Positions 63,498 to 64,000 of a stretch of 64,000 bases of DNA are shown piece after piece (position 1 is the stretch's first letter; every line of letters starts with the position of its first letter). The position numbers and the translations under genes are program-made. The notes below the pieces were generated by a model. That model had not been told where the DNA came from, searched no databases, and saw nothing but the letters and a program-made list of their open reading frames with translations. The stretch lies in contig JANJGN010000022.1 of the NCBI GenBank assembly GCA_026770705.1, forward strand, positions 56,978,001 to 57,042,000, read 5' to 3'. The stretch comes from Isurus oxyrinchus. Taxonomy: Eukaryota.

Positions 63498-64000
63498 TGG
63501 GCCTGTACTTCTGCTGAGTCAGAAGGGGTCTGTGCCTTAGGCAACACGGTGCCAGAGCATGGAACCTGGAAGTGCCACCTCTGAACCTAGCAAGCATCAT
63601 TTCCGCTGGCAATGGGGAGGCGGGGGTCAGCTGGGGAACGCGGTGGGTCATATTTTGCCCATCTGTGGTGAAAGGGCAGCCACCTTAAATAGGTCCAATT
63701 TCGCTCATTGAAATTTCAGAAACACCACTCGTGGGCTTTAGACAATTTGAGGAAAAGGTCTCAAGTTGCCAGTTATTTGGAGAGGTCAGGTACCCTTTGG
63801 GAAAGGTCAGGTACTCCTATGGGAACATTAAGAGTAGACATAAATGTGTGTAAAAATGGATAAACTCAGTGGAACTGTCAAGCTGTCAAATCATTTAAAT
63901 TCTCAGGCTCCTTAAGTTTTTGAAAAGAAAATCCAGCCCGCAGTTGAAAAAAATCAGTGCTTGCTATTTCACTGTTTGTTGACATAGCCTGAGGATTATC
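63498..64000. mobile_element. Start of a GC-richer DNA-transposon-like element, probably running past the window edge
   Basis: Begins gggcctg with an abrupt rise in GC. No second terminus is visible. Confidence 0.3.

Overview
This window is non-coding, repeat-dense vertebrate DNA. The repeat families point to a cartilaginous fish, most likely a shark: an HE1-like tRNA SINE with an HER1-like LINE, Deu/SacSINE-like SINEs, many CR1 and L2 fragments, Penelope-like elements (PLEs), PIF/Harbinger transposons and a Gypsy-type LTR element. I recognise no intact host CDS. Nearly all tracked ORFs are decayed transposon ORFs or chance frames. The most notable system is a 5'-truncated GIY-YIG Penelope element (52160-53726, minus strand) whose 3' end carries a minimal hammerhead-ribozyme (HHR)-like motif. 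It is accompanied by a set of short, often palindromic, non-coding derivatives made only of that HHR-bearing end, several with target-site duplications (TSDs). One derivative (49250-49567) has the 40-nt HHR unit duplicated in tandem on both arms, giving four units. A second PLE family with a different HHR-like motif lies at 25155-25804. Also notable are a Gypsy element in which RT/integrase is replaced by a coiled-coil ORF remnant, two decayed two-gene Harbinger transposons, and two look-alike candidate terminal exons on the + strand. Family names come from remembered motifs, not database searches, and element boundaries are approximate unless a TSD is given.
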